From: Pocillopora damicornis
Taxonomy: Eukaryota
NCBI RefSeq assembly: GCF_003704095.1
Contig: NW_020844146.1
Span: 62,001 to 126,000, forward strand
DNA length: 64,000 nt
Direction: 5' to 3'
Part shown: positions 61,419-64,000 of the stretch, in pieces
How the letters are laid out: each line of letters opens with the position of its first letter
Numbering within the stretch: the first letter of the stretch is position 1
The notes under the pieces: generated by a model
Seen by the model: only the letters and a program-made list of their open reading frames with translations
The model's database searches: none
Told to the model about the DNA's origin: nothing
Program-made: the position numbers and the translations under genes

Positions 61419-63330
61419 TGTTGGTCAGCGGCTACTCGCACGATCATACAGAGTCCGCTATGATGTCACGAGTTTGGCGTCAGATGTGTGACAACACGAT
61501 GGCGAACGGAACTCGAACTTGTGGGAAATGTGAGTTAAAATGTCAATAACTTCGAGTCACGATTCAACGATTACTGCATACAAGCTAACTACCGCGAACT
61601 CGCTAAAGATCCTCTTACAGAAAGAGCCGCTCATTACAAAAGTCTTCTGAGAGAAATTTCAGCTTTACGCTCTGCACTTCCAGATGAAGCCTTGTCGGTC
61701 GTCAGATACACAATCGAACCTCAAATTCCAGAGGGAGATTAAAAGAAACCCTTGGTTTAGATGAATAAAATACGAGCCTATTACACTGGCAGCACAGGAA
61801 GTTCTCTCCTGACTGATCGATACAAGTTCTGAACTACCTCCCAAACCCATCACGAGTCCATGCAAGAGTGGAAAGTTAAGGTGAGACACGCTGGTAGCCT
61901 ATGTGGCTATGGCGATCTTAGTGATGAACGGTGTAGAGAAAAATTTATATTTGGGCTGAATGATGATAACATACGTACGGAGTTGCTTAAAACACATATA
62001 AAACCTGACAACTTTAAGAATTCCCTTTCCGATGTAGTCGCCGAGGCGAGAGCTATAGAGTCCGCCAAGCAGACAAACAAATTAATCGCAAACTCGTCCA
62101 TAAGAATTGACGAAAATGTCCACTGGACAGGCCTCAGACACAGCCAGATGAAACTTCGAAGGGAACCTGGTACATATTTTTAGTGAAGACTACAGGAAGT
62201 TCTCTGTTAAATACAGGTTTAAACATTCCACATCATCCCCCTGCCATTCTAAAGATAACAGAAGAGCTGAAGCTGCCATTAAAGTTGCAGAATCCTTGTT
62301 AAAAAGAGCTGATGACTTCCACAGTGCTATGCTGATATACAGGAACAAACAACCTCAAGGTCACACTTACTCGCCAGCCCTTCGCATGCTTCTACAACAT
62401 GCCAGAACCACACTCCCTACCACAGATTAACTCTTGACCCCCACCACACTAAACCATAATTGTTGAGGAGGAGATCTCAAAGAAAAGGTGCCATAGCAAA
62501 ACACATTACCACAAGTCAGCTAGTGTAGAATAAGAACCACTCATCATTGGTACTTATGCTTATGCTAAACCACCTCTGCACCAGCATGGGAAACCATGGA
62601 TCTATGGAGAAGTGATCAACCAACACTGCTTAAGGCTGCATGATTCAAAGGAACAGAGTCCAACTAAAGCCTGCAGACCCATCTTCCTGGAACCAATCCC
62701 CAAGAAGTTGAAATAAGCACACACAACACAAACATTTACCAGAAATGGTCAATGGAAACTGCAAAGCAACCACAGTCCAGTCAACACCCTTCAGCCCAAC
62801 CCAGTCTACCACTTTAGGGACCCCCCTTTCCTCAGACCCCAGTCAGTTTGCAAATCATAAATACCACACTAGTTGACCCTCAGGCCCCTGAAGACCAAGC
62901 ACCAGACATTACACCACCACAACCCCCGGAACTAACACAGAAGTTAAGCAGACCCAGTCTAGACGGCTAATTTAAAATCCCAAAAGACTGAAAGACTATG
63001 TCACAAACTAGTCATAAGCTGTTTTTTTATTTATAAGCATCGACTAAGAGTCACTGAACATACAAACAGTTAACATGCATTTCTACTATTGTTCTATTGT
63101 TGTCATTCGAGTGTAGCATACCATCTGTATGGTCCTAGGCTATGGGTATTTAAGTTATAGTCCCAGGTTGGTTTTTGTTTTGGGTTTTTAGTCTCTTTCT
63201 TTTGTTAGGAGATGTTGGTTAGTGGCTACTCGCACAATTATACGTCAGAGATACATTCTTGTAGTCTGCCATTTTGATTGCACTAACCACAAATAAAGGA
63301 AGTTCTGTCACAAGTATTGGCCCCTAGACT
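61419..63330 (+). mobile_element. Degenerate, internally deleted Ty3/Gypsy LTR retrotransposon
   Basis: LTRs begin TGTTGGT.AG.GGCTACTCGCAC at 61419 (truncated) and 63213; PBS TGGCGTCAG at ~61475; purine tract before the 3' LTR; gag fragment (LCGYGDLSDERCREKFIFGLNDDNIRTELLK) and integrase C-terminal fragment (HSTSSP...RAEAAIKVAESLLK...LIYRN...SPA). RT/RNase H are absent and stops are frequent. Confidence 0.85.
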
Positions 63331-64000
63331 TGGTGTCAGAAGTCATGATGGTGTTGTTTCTGTCACTAGTATTGGTCCCTTAACTAAATCTCTGAGGTGA
63401 TGACTATAAATAAATTGAAAGCTGTTGAACTACCTGTGAGGTGTGTGCAATGTAAGATTTGCACAAATTTTGTCGATATTCTCGCAAATTATGACTGGCA
63501 AATACAGAGAGACGAACTTGAGTCATTGTTTTAAGTGTGTTTCGATTGAGAGATAACACTCTTAGACTGCTACGAAACTGGTACTATGAAAATGAAGAGA
63601 AGTTCAGCTGATGGTTTTGTCACTAAATACAGTCGACTCTTGCCCTGTAGACTACTCACCATTATGAACACTCTGCCATTGTGGACAAGAGCCCTGAGCC
63701 CCCCGGCAAAATGCTTATTTCAAATGCTAATTATTTATAGGAATGAGAAACAGATAAACCAGCTCTTTATTCAGGTTTTTTAGACAAAAATAGATAGATT
63801 GTTTAATTTTATGAGTCTTTCATCTGCAACCATCATACATTTGTTTATATTGCAAGAAGTTTATCGCAACTGTTGCATCCATTGGTTGGTCTTCCTGTGT
63901 TGTCTCAGTTGAGTTATGGTGTTCTAAATGGTAATGATGGTTATTGTGGTAAAGTCAATCATTTTGATAACTAGTGGCTGTCTGTTTACTTCAGATTTGG

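Overview
AT-rich, intron-rich animal genomic DNA, most likely a scleractinian coral or other anthozoan (inferred from gene structure and repeat style). The ORF track shows only exon fragments, so I rebuilt the gene models by hand from GT-AG sites and frame continuity. Gene order: the 5' end of a CNBD-family ion channel (-); a two-exon HIT/aprataxin-like orphan gene (+) with a deleted partial duplicate upstream; an intronless bacterial-type DUF3472 pseudogene (+); alpha-arrestin 1 (-) head-to-head with a 12-exon XRCC4 (+) that is nearly invisible in the ORF track; two tandem six-exon genes for bacterial-type creatinase (-), one canonical and one with altered active-site neighbours; a decayed OTU-protease relic between two inverted paralogous ORF fragments; alpha-arrestins 2 and 3 (+); a 15-exon NRF-6/OACYL acyltransferase (-) head-to-head with exon 1 of a paralog (+); and a deleted Ty3/Gypsy LTR element. 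Many MITEs, tRNA-like SINE units and degenerate hammerhead/Penelope-like repeats are interspersed. The most notable candidate system is the intron-containing, apparently mitochondria-targeted creatinase pair, an enzyme classically known from bacteria.
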